Assembly: GCA_051294375.1 (NCBI GenBank)
Contig: CM119267.1
Location: forward strand, 3,097,344-3,161,343
Reading direction: 5' to 3'
Source: Paraspadella gotoi
Lineage: Eukaryota; Animalia; Chaetognatha
DNA: 64,000 nt
The notes beneath the pieces are model-generated. The model was given only the letters and a program-made list of their open reading frames with translations, did no database searches and had not been told where the DNA came from. The number at the start of each line of letters is the position of its first letter. Position 1 is the first letter of the stretch. This document shows, one piece after another, positions 49,201 to 62,000 of this stretch. The translations under genes were made by a program, and so were the position numbers.

Positions 49201-52200
49201 TATAAGTATGATTATTTAAATCGCTTATAACTCCTGACACTCTCGCCGATAATTATAAACGATACATTATTAAACTATAAGTATGATTATTTAAATCGCT
49301 TATAACTCCTGACACTCTCGCCGGTATTTAGAAACAATAATATTCCTCGCGTTATCATTATGATCGTTTTAAAATTAGACGTAACAATTTTATTCCCTTT
49401 TGTTCAAACTTTCGTCTCAAGAGTGGCGCTTCTGTCGAGGCTACGGACTCCGCACGGCTTCCGCTTACATCCTGGTCTTCGACGTCTCGCGCGCCGACAC
49501 TTTCCATTACATACGGAAGCTGCGCGACGAGATCACAGAGTCGAGGGACACTCGCGACATTCCGATCTTCGTCGCGGGAAACAAACACGACCTGGCGCCG
49601 CTGAGGGAAGTTCCGAGGTGAGGAAAGGGGAGAAAAAGGTAAGTGGCCGGTCAAGGATTGGTCAGTGACCGGTCAGGGATTGGAAGGGAGAGGAAAGTGA
49701 CAACAGGAATTCCGTAAGAAGACTAGAGGAAAAATTGTGAATTGACGTTAATTTACCAATTTCTCTTTTATTATCAATATATATCTGTATTGCCCTTACA
49801 GATATTGACTGGAAACTCTCTGTGACCCTTTAAAACGCTAATGGAGAGAAGATTTCCCTTTTGTATTCAAACTTTCGTGCGCTAAGAGTGGCGACCTTCG
49901 GTCGGGAGCTACTGAGAGCTCAGCACTAGGCTTCCACACTGACGACAGCGAGATACATGCGCGTAGCGGATGACGCGTAGTAGCGCGGGTGAACACTTCC
50001 AGTACACGGAAGCTGCGCTGAGCGAGAATCGAACAACGAGTCGAGGGAATCACTCCGCCGACAATTGCCACGGAACGTATCACTGTCAGGATGCGCGGGA
50101 CAAATCCCAAACACGTGCACGTGAACGACCGCGTGCCGCCTGAAGAGAGCAGGAATTCCGAGGATATGAGGAAAGAAAAGGGGAGAAAAAGGTAAGGTGC
50201 GGTCAAGGGATTGGGGTCAAAGTGACCGGTCAGGGATGCAAGGCGAGAGGGAACGAGTGACAACAAGGAATTCCGTAAGAAGACTAGAGGAAAAAGGTGT
50301 GGGAATTTGACGTTAATTTACCAATTTACTCTCTTTTATTATCCAATATACAATTGGTATTGCCCTTACAGATATTGACATGGAAACTCTCTGTGACCCT
50401 TTAAAAAGCTAAATAATGTAATGAGCGTAACCCTTGAGATCTGATGAACGCATGTTTGAGGAATTTTATCTAATAATCCATTAAAAATTAAATTAAAATG
50501 TATGTATCGACGTCAAAAAGAAAGAGTCCTCGAACTTTCCTATTTCAAATCGGAAAGTGCTGCTTAAAAAGTCTCTATCGATTCGGTTAAACTGTATAAC
50601 AACTTAAAGCACAGTAGTCATGTTAGTGAACCACGTCTGTTTGAGCTTAGGTCAGAAGTTTTTTACGATGTTTTGTGATTTTAAAATATTAATTAGAATT
50701 TCATTTTTTAAATCTCTTTTTTTACAAACAACTTTAATTGATTTGGTTTGAAAAGAAAAGAAAAAATTAACACCGCGGATAAACAACAATTTAATTAAAA
50801 ATTACAATTGATACAAATAGATACTACAAATTACAAAAATATTGAATGATGAGACGAGCGCGCTTAACGATATTAATTATAAACAATGATAACAAGGGCG
50901 AAGCACACTAGTCGTTGTAGCCACTGGTTTTCCTCTCTTTTTGTCTCGACAAAAGGCGTTCGTCTTTATGTCTCATCTCGTGAACTCAACGTTGTCGTAG
51001 AACGTCGTCGTAAACGTCGTCGTGAAAGCGGCGACCATGAGGAAAATAATTGGTAAACAAGTTTAGGATGTTCGCCGACAAATAAGGCGAATGTCCTAGA
51101 AGAATTTAAAAATGGCGCTGGCAAATGGTAAACGACGAATGGCGCCGGCAAATGTGAAACGACGAATGGCGCTGGCAAATGAGGAATGACTTTGAAGAAT
51201 TGTGAATTGTACTGGCAAATGGTAAACGACCCTTAAAGATTGTGAATGGCGCTGGCAAATGAGGAATGACCTTGAGAATTGTGAATAATATTGGCAAATG
51301 TACCTTTTTAGAGTAAAAATTGCAAATGGCAAAATTCTAGAATAATAGGCAAAATTTTTACTTTCGCCGACTGGGTTTTGTCGTCTTTTTAAAAGTAATT
51401 AAAAATATTTATTTTAAAAAAATAATAGAAATAAAAATGATTATTTAATAGCCCTAACCCCTAAACCCTTTTAACCTTAACTACACTTAACCCTAACACG
51501 GCACCCTAAAGGCACTTTAAACCCCTAACCCTACGTAACCCTAACCCCAAATAAACCTCTAAACNNNNNNNNNNNNNNNNNNNNNNNNNCCTCTAATACT
51601 ATAGAATACCTTACGCTTTAGGCAGACTGTGAATGGCCTTGAATAATGTAATGCTATCGAACTCCCTTGAAGATTTAAATATGCTATCTTCGAATGTGAA
51701 TTGACCTTGAAGTCTGTGAGGCGTCAATTTCACCGAATCACAAAAAAACCGTGACCTAATATATGCGGCGAATACTAAATTCGCCTCCCGTATATCTTGG
51801 TGAAACTCAGCCCGCTTGGACAGCTAAGTACTCGTTCACCAACCGTGAGTTCCGGATCCAATCCCCTCACGGTCACGCTGGTTAAGTGTGATGGTGTTGG
51901 CATTAACATTCCAGTGATATGGAGATTACTGCAGGTCCAAAGCCCTGAGTGCCAGCTGTCGGGAGATGCCTCACATCCTGCGCATCACACACGTGTCCCC
52001 ATTGCCATACGTAAACGTTTTCGGAAATGCGAGCCGACTTTTCAGTCCCATTCTTTAGGTGATCCTCCCCGTCTCTTTATGCCATCAGCGAAGAGATGAG
52101 AGGCGTTCCATTCCTTAAAGCCTTCCTCCACCCCTTTTCGCGCGTTCCCCCCTTCCCGACCCCTCATCTCATCCCCGTTCGATCGATGGCTTTTTAATTC

Positions 52201-53581
52201 TCTCACTCGATTAATTCATTTCTTTCCTTTTCGTGGGGGGCGGGGTCGGGAAGGGAAGTGGATTGTGGAAGGGAAGCGAAGCGACAGGGGAGAGAAAAAT
52301 AAAAACATGAGGACGAAAAAAAATAATAAAAAAAAAAAAAACCTGATCGTCAATAAAAACGAGTCGCACACCTCCTCCTCCTCTTTTCCTCCTCCTCCTC
52401 CACCTCCTCCTCTGCGCATGCAGGATTCAGGAAGAAGAAAATGTTTTTTAGAAATCAAAAAAAGGGAGAGCAGGGAAAAAGAAAAAAAAATGTATTGCAG
52501 AGGAAAAACATTGTTTTGTTTTTTTTAATGTTATTCAGCCACTAGCGACTGAACGGAACCGTGAAACGACGAAGGACCACGTGCGGGAAATCGTAAAGAG
52601 AAGAACAGTAGAATGTGAGATACATTGGAGGTAGGGAAAGCGAAAAGAAGNNNNNNNNNNNNNNNNNNNNNNNNNGTTTTTTTTTGTTTTACTACTACAG
52701 ACGAGAAGCGGCGGGAATCGTAAAGAAACAGTGGAAATGTGGATACATTGAGGTGAGGAACGAAAAGAGTTTTTTTTTTTTAGTGAGTCAAATAATGATA
52801 TATTCACTGTGAAATAAATAATTTTATTAAGTTATCAAATCACGACATTTTATATTATTATTAGGTAATAATTTCTAAAATCAGTCTTGATTGAAAGCTT
52901 GCGGGGACCTGCTAAGTCTTTAAATCTTATAAGAGTGATAAAGGCCTTAAACCGCCAAGGCTTGTCCACAGTCAGGGACAAGATAGCTTTTTTATTTAAT
53001 AAATGGATAATTTTTATATCGCCGTAGAATCATAGAGCATAGATCTCACGATCCTATGATTCGGTCATCTTGTTCGTCGTCGTCATCGTCGTCGTTTTAT
53101 TTTCTTGTTTTTATGTTCAACATTAAGTCTGATTTCGTCTCAGAAAATTCTCTCCTCTTATATTTTCCTTCGGTTCCTCCCCTTTTCTATCTTCTTCCAA
53201 TTTCTGTTGTTCTTTTCTCTTAACCTCCTCTGTCATGTCACTCTCTCTCTCTCTCTCTCACTATCTCCTCTTCTCCTTCTCTCATCTGTTCTCTCTCTCT
53301 CGTTCTCATCTCCAGTAACTCTTCTCTGCCTCTCTCCCTCTCCCTCTCTCTCATGACTTCCACCCCTCCTATCCCCCTCCCCTCGCCTGCACCATCCACT
53401 TCCGCCCCCCGAGTAACCTTTCAGGTTTCGGCCAAATTCAATTTCGGCGTCGTCGGTGCCTTTTTCAAAGAACAATCATGAAGTCGAGTCGCACTACATC
53501 GACTTCGGCGGCCACAAACCCTCGCGCTCCAAGTCATGCAGAAACGCGTTGCGGAGAAGGCAAAGCTGCGTCATCGCTTGA
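33643..53581 (+). CDS. RASL10: Ras-like protein family member 10 (RASL10-type small GTPase), 6 exons
   Basis: Exons 33643-33708, 34285-34408 (VKIAILGAPGVGKSSLVQQFL..FYYPS), 46538-46618 (VIINDHLYELKLIDVPPIPFFPPDTL), 49422-49617 (EW..GLRTASAYILVFD..GNKHDL), 52701-52752 (KKQWKCGYIE) and 53425-53581 (VSAKFN..., CaaX CVIA*; indel errors). The DxPP G3 box and WKCGYxE are RASL10 hallmarks. Confidence 0.9.
33850..34140 (+). mobile_element. Older, diverged copy of retrotransposon family A
   Basis: AAAGCTTGCAGGG...AAGGCCTTAA...GGCAAGATAGCTTATTTATT...TAATTTCATA. Confidence 0.55.
35752..36035. mobile_element. DINE-1-like element (family B), full length
   Basis: TTTTAGTTGCGCCGCGAGTACTCGCGGAGCAAC stem-loop, (GGTC/GTCC)n and a CTTGTT end in T-rich flanks: the DINE-1/HINE layout. 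Confidence 0.78.
36164..36345. promoter_or_regulatory. Homotypic cluster of GTCACGTGAC E-box palindromes
   Basis: Perfect copies at 36164, 36181, 36288 and 36308; one-mismatch copies at 36207, 36271 and 36336. Confidence 0.55.
37611..37680 (+). tRNA. tRNA-Gly (GCC), intronic, 1-nt D-arm deletion
   Basis: Identical to 9647-9717 except GGTAGATGC vs GGTAGAATGC; followed by a TTTTT terminator. Confidence 0.9.
39343..39545 (-). mobile_element. 3' fragment of retrotransposon family A
   Basis: Near-identical to the other copies. Confidence 0.75.
41414..41613 (-). mobile_element. tRNA-derived SINE family D
   Basis: Minus strand TGGCTCAGAGG (A box), GTTCCATCC (B box) and tail GTTGCCATA. Second copy at 42562-42821. 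Confidence 0.65.
41796..43945 (+). CDS. Compact DEG/ENaC (ASIC-superfamily) channel subunit, 2 exons, 396 aa
   Basis: Exon 41796-41972 (FLQSTTIHGIGRV with the HG motif; TM1 RRLIWSGVVVVSF) splices in frame to 42932-43945 (LPMPSV; YSQKKC; CPPDC; TM2 LIGTIGGHLGLFLGVSVIGILE with GxS filter). Confidence 0.9.
41992..42239 (-). mobile_element. tRNA-derived SINE family E
   Basis: Minus strand TGGCTTGGGCAG...GGTTCAATCCC, tail GTTGCCATA. Inverted homolog at 51775-52010. Confidence 0.7.
42562..42821 (-). mobile_element. tRNA-derived SINE family D, second copy
   Basis: Colinear with 41414-41613. Confidence 0.65.
44730..44845. mobile_element. Related DINE-1-like element end
   Basis: TTTTAGTCGCGAGTAAACGCGACTCTATAA plus (TGTC)n. 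Confidence 0.55.
45820..46063 (-). mobile_element. tRNA-derived SINE family C, second copy
   Basis: Reverse complement of 17846-18078. Confidence 0.75.
46601..49325 (+). repeat. 75-bp tandem array containing the RASL10 exon 3 end and donor, seen at 46601-46882 and 49058-49325, interrupted by gaps and a misplaced block
   Basis: Unit CTCCTGACACTCTCGCCG|GTAATTATAAACG...TTATAA. Confidence 0.9.
47384..51564 (+). other. Probable assembly duplication: 47384-49047 and 49843-51564 are error-laden copies of RASL10 exon 4 plus downstream intron
   Basis: Bounded by N gaps. Both copies share the same insertion-rich corruption of the clean exon at 49422-49617. Confidence 0.75.
51775..52010 (+). mobile_element. 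tRNA-derived SINE family E, second copy
   Basis: Reverse complement of 41992-42239. Confidence 0.7.
52883..53020 (+). mobile_element. Diverged fragment of retrotransposon family A
   Basis: AGTCTTGATTGAAAGCTTGC...GTCAGGGACAAGATAGC...GGATAATTTTTATAT. Confidence 0.65.
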
Positions 53582-54209
53582 CGCGGAAATAAAAGCCTGG
53601 ACCGACTGACTGGCAAATCGCAGTCGGGGACGCGTCGTCCGATTTCTTCTGACGCGGTAATTAGCCGGAGACTCTGCGTCTTTCTGTTGGCGAGAAAATC
53701 GACCAAAAAAGCGATTCCTGGAAATTAAAAAAAACTTGATGGGTTTCGTTGTGAACAAAAGACTCGTGAAAAAAAAACAAAACAAAAAAAAACAAACAAA
53801 AACAAACAAAAGGCTCGTGAAAAAAATCTCAACGAGAAATTTAAAGACGTTCACATGATTTTTGTGATGTTGTTCACCACCGAAGAGGAAGTCGCCGAGA
53901 CTTGCGAGTCTTTCCCTACTGGTGAGAATCGACGGGGCGTGAGAAAGGAGACGAAATAGACGAATGAGATTAAAACGGTGAAATTACGAGATTAAAACGG
54001 TGAAATCACGAGATTAAAACGGTGAAATCATGAGTTTAAAACGGTGAAATCACGAGACCAACGCGATATAAAAATAACGGATATAAAAAAGAAACTTAAA
54101 AAAAGCTTGAAATTTATCGGCATCAAGAATCAGATTCGCGTCCCGAAATCACCACCCGTGCAAAACCCCGTCGAGGATTGTCTATCCTTGGCCGTCCTTC
54201 GAAATCAGA

Positions 54210-54283
<74 letters not shown>

Positions 54284-54577
54284 CTCTTCTCCTCTCTCTC
54301 TCTCTCTCCCCCGATCTTCTCACCCGTCCTTCGGCGTTTTCCCAAAAGGATCTCTGACACGTCACGTGCCTGCGCCATTTCCGCCCAAGGGCCACGCCCT
54401 CCCTCTCCTTCCAGCAGGGCCGCAGCAGAGCCGCGGCAGGACTGCAGCCTTTTGACGGACTCGCCCTTACCTTCCCTTACCCTTCCTCCTTTTCCCCTTG
54501 ATCGCGTTTATGAATCGCGATTAATGATCAGCAATTTTTCTTTTTCTCTTGTGACCCTTTCTTTTTGGGACAACGTT

Positions 54578-54920
54578 GGGGCCTTATTTTCCCAGAACGC
54601 CCCTTTTCATCTGAAATTAGGAATTAAATTAATTTTTTAAATTAAATTAAAAAGGTTAAGGATTAGGGTTACAGATTAATTTATATATTTAAAACCATAT
54701 TTAGGTTATTAAATAAAGTTTTTTGTGGGAGTTATAACTTTTTTTAATATTTCAATTTAAATTAAAATATTGTTAAAAAATAAAAAAATCGACTTATAAC
54801 TTCTACAAAAAAAACTATTTGATTACCAAACAGCCTGTACATCTTTATAACAAATAATATTTAGATTAAATATTAAAGTATAAAATAATAAAAATGGGCT
54901 GCTATGGGAAAAGAAAGCCC
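54578..54920. mobile_element. MITE family F
   Basis: Imperfect ~25-bp TIRs (GGGCCTTATTTTCCCAGAACGCCC / GGGCTGCTATGGGAAAAGAAAGCCC) around an AT-rich core containing TTAGGGTT. Confidence 0.6.
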
Positions 54921-56034
54921 TTGTTCCATTGTGCGAGTTATCACGGTGAGTTCCCGAGAGATTTGTTTTTTTTTGCATTTGTACATGTCATGATTTATTT
55001 TTTTTATTGTAATGCGTCAGCTAAAAAAATGAATGAAAGAGAGAGAGAGAGAGAGAAAGAATAAGAAAGAGAGACATACTTTCAGTCAATCGCTAATCGT
55101 ATGAACATAAACAATTTCATGGTGTTAAATAATGTAGTATTTAAATTCCAATGGTTTTTTTCCTCTGTCGTTTCAACGCACAAAAAACAAGCGTTTGTTA
55201 AACGGTTGTCCTTTTTTTATTACGACTGATTCGTCTTTTCATGTCATTTTTATTTTTTGTTTGGGAAAAAAGTGAGACTGGAAGACAAATGGTGATTGAT
55301 ATTGATTGTTTAAACAATGCATTGATTTGCTAAAGAAAAAAAAAGAACGAAATACACTTACCGTCCCAGAAAAGAATTTCATATTTTTGTTTTGTTGTAG
55401 TTAGGACAGTCGATATCAGAGCTAGTTCACATCATAGTACATGTATTTTTGCTTGTTTAATAAACAATGTTTATAAGTAAAAAAATGTTTATAGAAGCAT
55501 TAACATCATTGTCCTGACTTTGGACAGGCTATGATTATAGTTTTGGAAGCAAAAATAGCTTAAATCATTAGGATAACTTTACCTCAATCCTAAATTGACT
55601 TGAATTAACTTTTTTAAAGGATAAATATATCAGTAAAAAAGTTATATGTCGCCCCTGACTTAAATAAATTAACTACAATAAATAAACACATTGAAAAATT
55701 GCATTTTTGCGTTGTCAATTTAATTTTAAATTGTTTGCAGTTTTATTTTCTAGGAAAATAACCATATTCATATTTTTTTTATAGTTTGATCGTTTAATCA
55801 AATTATGTTTATAATAAATCTTTTTTTTTGGCCATAAGAAACTTCATGAGTCATAACGATTGGAAAATAGTTGGTTAACCAATAAAGCTTAAATTCAACC
55901 ATTAATAACTGTAAAATAAAGCGAATAAAGTTTACGACTTGACCGAGCGTCTATTATTAATTCTATTCATTTTCAATATCATATTAAAAAAAAAAATAAT
56001 GCCATAATTTTTAAATTGTCGCGACGCCTTTTGT

Positions 56035-59000
56035 TTAATGTCCTTGAGTGAACAACCGCCGCCCTCTAACACCGAATGATGCCTGCGGAACCGCGAATCT
56101 CGGCGCCATCTCGATTTCCTTATTCGATGCGGATCGAACCAACGTGCGACGCCGAACTCTGTTGAAAGAAAGGGAGAGAAAAAAATTATATTATTATTAA
56201 ATAAAGTAGCTAAAGTTAGGCTTTTTTTTCTAAGAGTATCCCATTTCTGTTTATTTATCCTAGAATTTAATATTTAATCTAAATATATTTTTGAACCTAT
56301 AATCTATTTTATAATCTTAAACCATAATCCATAATCTGGGAAAATAAGGCCGTAAACTCCCCCCCTGACCTCTTCTTCCGCGGCGCCGTGGTTCCGCTGA
56401 CGGCGCCGTCGATGGGCGGAAGTCGGACAGTCTCGGCGCCGGATTTGGAGCTCTTCTTGGCGATTGATTCCGCGCCGGAAACGACGCTGGTGGTGATGAG
56501 GTCGCTGGAATCCACGCCGCTGATCCCATCGCTGGTGGAACTGGTGAACGGTGAATGATGGAAAAGGATTCAAGTATTGCGGGTTAACAGGTTTTCATTC
56601 ATTATGGATCACAATAGATATAATCAATAATAAAATATACAACTGTTACAATATATAGTTTTATATACAATCAGAAATCGCAACCAAATTCTTCCAAAAC
56701 GAGAGCTTTCTTGGCTTCATTCTTGGCCTCATTCTTGGCTTCATTCTTGGCCTCATTATTGGCTTCATTATTGGCCTCATTCTTGGCTTCATTCTTGGCC
56801 TCATTCTTGGCATCTCACACCTTGTTTCCTCACCCCCGAAATCAACTCCCTCTCCCACGAACCAAATACTTCTCCCCCCTCCCGCCTCCATCCTTTCCCC
56901 TCCCCTTAAAACTGACCTGAAACGAACTCTCAAGTTCGGCCTCGATTCGTCCGTGGTTACGGTCGTCGTCGTCGTCGTCGTCGTCGCGACCGCCGCGTTC
57001 TTATTCTTGTTTCTCGAGACTCGATCGGCGGTGGCGCCGCCGCTTCCCACGCCGGCGCCCTTTTTCGACGCCGTCTTGGACGACGCCTTCGAGGTCATCT
57101 TTCCGGTGCGTCGGGTGGCGTCCGTCTCGCGGGATTGAACTTCGTCTTTCATCTCGACGAAAGTTTTTTTCTCTCCGCTTGAACTAAATCGGGAAGGAGG
57201 GGGAGAGAGGGAGAGGGAGAAGGGAGGGAAGAGAGGAAGGAGAAGAAGAAAATAAGGAGAGAAGAGGAGGGGGCGAGAGGTAAGTGGGGGAGGGAGAAAG
57301 AGAGAGGGGGGATCGAGAGGTAAGGGGGAGAGGGTGTTTAAAAATTAAACGAAAGGCGAAGAAAAATAAAGAAACGAAAAGAATGAGACAAAAAGGTTAA
57401 TCATGTTGATACGAATATTAGTAGTTTTAGTAAAGTTTACTTTTAGTAAAGAGATAATATTCATTCGCCAAAAATTGCTAGACGCAATTATTTTCCATCC
57501 ACGGAACACAGCTTCTTACATACCCCCTTTTTCGCTTTGAAGATATAAAAACTATTTTAAATAATATTAAAACTTAAAATTAATGTGTTTTCCGCGACTT
57601 TTTCTCTCAACCATAACTTTTTTTACGCGAAAGAATCGTTAAATTCCCCCCCCCCAACTTTTCCGTCCAAACTGAATCGTTAAAAGTCAATAATTTAAAT
57701 AAATTTACGCCATTTTTTATCTCTTTTAGTTCATACAGAATTTTATTTTTATGCTCACAATTAAACGAGGCGTCACGGAACTAATTTCCTTCAAACTCGC
57801 TAATTCACAGTCACTAAATCAGACTCGTCTCACCGACCGAATTAAGTCACAGTTCGTGAATCAACTCGGACGTCGTTTGAATCACGAGTACAAAATATGT
57901 AAGAGTGTAGCAACACATTCACTCTGGCTTCCTCGCTGTTGACATTCGCATATTGCGATCGGGACGGCACGTCTAACCCACCTGTGTGACCCTGTGGCAC
58001 AACAAGACCGTCGATGAAATTCGAAAACGATTCCATTGCTGATTTCTTGCTCAGATATTATTTTTGACCCTCCGTAAAAACCTCCTGTCCTAATATTTTC
58101 CCTTATTTACTTTTATCAGTTACGATTACATTAAACATTTCCAAAACTCGCCTCGGCCTTACCCTTTAACCGACCTTAATCTCCGCCTCACCTCGATTTC
58201 GCCGAGATATTCCTCGCCGACTTGTCCCTCATCTTCAGCGCATCCGGCAACTTCTTCCTCGACGCCCTGGATCTTCTCTGGACGTCGTCGCCGCCGCCGC
58301 CGCGTGACTCCGCCTCCTCCGCCCTGGCCGCCCGACGTTTGGCGTAGGAGGTCGTGATGGCGGTGGAGACGCTCTTCTCAGTCTCCTCGTCTCTGTCTCT
58401 AACTTCCTCTCTCATCTCCGCGAAGCCGATCGTGGATTCGCCCGATTTGCTGAGGGAAAAAGGAATCGACAAGAATTAGCTAATTAGTTATGAGATGTTG
58501 TTTTAAAAATGATCCTTTTGGGTAACAATCGTAGTTTAAATTTCAAAAAAAAAATTTTTGGCTTGGCTTGCTTTGAANNNNNNNNNNAAGAATTAGCTTA
58601 TTAGTTATGAGATGTTGTTTTAAAAATGATCATTTTGGGTAACAATCGTAGTTTAAATTTCAAAAGTTTTTTTTGTCTTGGCTTGCTTTGAAATTCGAAG
58701 AACGTACTTAACAAATTAACAAATACTTAACAAATTTAAAGGTTAAATTTTTATGTTTTATTAGAGAAAATGTAATGTTTCAAAGACTCCTGCCCTTAAA
58801 GAGTTCAGGAGGAGTCTACCAATATGTATTTCATTTCTCTTAATAAAACCTAAACTTTTAAATTTCAATATTTTACTTTCCTTTTTTCTAAAATTTAAAT
58901 TAGGAATTTGTTTTCACCTGTTTTTTACTTCACCTTCTTACACAGCCTCTCACTCAACCGCCCTTCTTTACCCTTACTTTCCTTCCCTCCCCCCTTCCCT

Positions 59001-62000
59001 CCCTATTCCCACCCTTCCACCCCTTCCCCACCCCTCCCTCCCCACCTCTCTTCGCCGACACATTTCTGGCCGCCTTGTCCTTCTTCTTGATGACGGGCGG
59101 CAACTTTGTCCTCGAATCCCTTTCCCTCGCTCTCGGCTTCACGACGACCGCGTCGACCTTCGGCCTGAACTTTGTCTTGTGTCTGCGGTCGACCTGTTCC
59201 AACATCTTCCGATGCCCTTCCTCCTCCAACCGGAGGAGCTCGGCCTTCTCGTCCGGCGAGGGAAGGCGGTGCTTGTAGTACTTCTTGCGAATCTCGGGCG
59301 GGAGGTAGCCCTGTTGGGAGGATGGAAGGCGTTTGAAGGGGGCGTTGGCGGAGAATTGGAAGGAAGGAAGATGGATTGGAAGAAGGGAGGAAATGAGAAA
59401 GTTAAAAAAGAATTTTTTGGGAGAAACGTGAACGTAAAGTATTAAAGAAAAATATTGTGACGTATTCCTTTCTTTTTCGTTGTGTTAACTGTTACTGTTA
59501 ACTGTTAACGCTGATGAAGGCTTGTATTAAGCCGAAACATGTTCGTTTCTCTATTGAAATAAAAAATCTCGTTGTTGAATTCAATTTAAAACTTTTCTAA
59601 AGACAAATATTAAAATGAAAACTAAACAGCGACCATCGAAAGAAAGAAAAGCTTAAAAACATGGTTATAGTACAAACCACTTTTTATTTTATCATAAAGA
59701 AAATTCTTAAAATTTTCATTTCATTCTAACTCTTAAGTACCGTTAAATCAATATTTAAACATTTTTTACCGTTACGACCGAACAAGTTACTTTAATATTT
59801 AATATTAAACTAACAAATAAAAAAATGAGGTCTCACCTCGTACGAGTACCTCCTCCCTGGCGGATACTTTGGTATCGCCAAACGATCGATGACCGATTGT
59901 CGCGGCGCTTTCTTCTGCTTAGGCTGCTCCGCGTCGCCGGCGCCGTCCTGCCGTATCTGCAGACTGGCGCCGCTTTTCTTCTCCAGCAAATTGGTGTAGA
60001 TGTGTTTCCGCAGCCGGTTGGGCAGTTCGTTGTACTGACGTTCGTGGACGGAGACCGATTTGTAGATCGCTCCCGTCGGCTGGGGTTTCTTTTGCGGGTT
60101 AATGGGTTAATGGGTTAATGGGTTAATGGGTTAATGGGTTAATCCTTGTTTTTTGGTTTTTGTTATTCTTCGCGCTCTCTTATCCCAGAGCGCCTCATAT
60201 CTGTTCCTTAATCCCGGAATTTAATTTTTAATATTTGTCTTAAAGTTTAAGTTAAACATCATCTTAAACTTAGAACCCAATTTCCAACCCTAATCTCAAA
60301 CCTAATCCCTAAATTCTCACTTGAACCTAAAACCCTAATCTCTNNNNNNNNNNCTTGTTCCGTCCACAGAACCCAATTTCCAACCCTAATCTCAAACCTA
60401 ATTCCTAAATTCTCACTTGAACCTAAAACCCTAATCTTTAACCTAATCCCTAATCTCTAACCCTTATTATTAACTTAATCCTTAACTGTAACTGCTAACC
60501 TAAACTACAAAAATTAACTCCTTTTCAAATTCAAGATAAAAAATAGGGCGTTCTGGGAAAATAAGGCCATGCTTCGTTTACGATCGTTAATCATCTGTTT
60601 TAAATAAAATTAACAGGGAATAGTGTCAAGTTTTATAGACAATAAACTTATAAAAGGTAAAAAACTAACTCACTCAATAACTCAACCATCCAAATTCCAA
60701 AACTATCGTTCAATCATTACAATCAATCAATCAATCATCACTCAATCTTCCAAGTTTCCCAGTTTCCAACCTTCTTATTGACGAAATGTCTCTGATTCTC
60801 GATCGGCACGAACAGTTTATCCTCGCAGGTTCGTCCCTTCCTCAGATTGTGCATCTTCCGCTGCTGATCGGCGTAGGCGTCTCTCGCCGGCGTCAGTTTG
60901 ACTACGGCGTCGGGCGGATACTTCCGGGCGAACCTCGTTCCGCTGGAGACGTTGGAGCGAAGAGACTCTTCGGACTTTCGCGGTTCCGCGACCGACTGGG
61001 GGCGCGGCGTGGGAGTCGTCTTCCCTTCGTCGTAGTTGGCGACGGCGAACTGGACTCGCGACTTGGAACCGAGATGCGTCTCGACGTCGGCGATGCTGTA
61101 AGGAGCGGACTTGTCCAGCTTGGCCTTTTCTCTGGCCTGCAGCTCTCGCAGGCGCGCCCGCTCCTGTCTCTTCTTTCGCTCCTTAGACTTCTTGGCCATG
61201 TCGGCCTTGACTTGCTCCAGTATGCGATGGAGCTGCGCGGCCTTCCTCCATCGCTCTTGGTTGGGATCGTCTTCTTCGACTATTGATTTGACGTTTCGAC
61301 CCCAAGGATCACGTTTTTGTTCTGCGGTGATCATTTTGTGCTTCACTGGAGGGACTTTGCGGTTCACCTGGCGGGAATGGCCGGAATCATTTATTACATT
61401 AATAATAATAATAAAGTCAATTGAATTCTCGTCGAGAAAAAATTTACAAGTTGATTTATATAACTAATTTTATTTCGTATGCTCAGCGACCGACCCCTTC
61501 CCGATGTTTAAATTTATTTATTGCCTTTTCGGCCTGTTTGGGGCCTTTATCATGGATGTAATCTTTTTTCTTAATTTGCCCCCTTTACATTTGACTAACT
61601 TACTTTAAATTTAAAGTTTAATCAATTACTCTGAATTGGATAGAATTGGATAGAATTGGATAGAACTGCCGTAGTTTTCTTTCATAATAGCGTAGTTTCG
61701 CTATTTTTGTCTTAATCGATTTGATTTATCTATTTACTGATTTTGGTTTGTTTTTCCGCGTTTATATAAGCGTTTTTATTCGAATGCAACAGGTTGATTA
61801 AATACAAAAAAAACCAAGAGAGAAAAAAAAATTATTCATCTTCACAAAAAAAAATAAATCTTCACTCACCCTTCTCTCTCCTCACAACCCATCACCTGGT
61901 AAGTGATCCTCGATTCCCAACGCCCGTACTTTTGCGAGGGCATCCCCTTCGGAGGAGCGAGTCCACGATTCCCTGGCTCCTTGTACAACTTGGGCCACGG

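Noticed and set aside
47384-52650. Mutually exclusive or duplicated RASL10 exons 4 and 5
   Set aside because: The extra copies (47384, 49843, ~52535) are riddled with insertions, share identical errors and border N gaps, which is typical of gap-filling with raw long reads.
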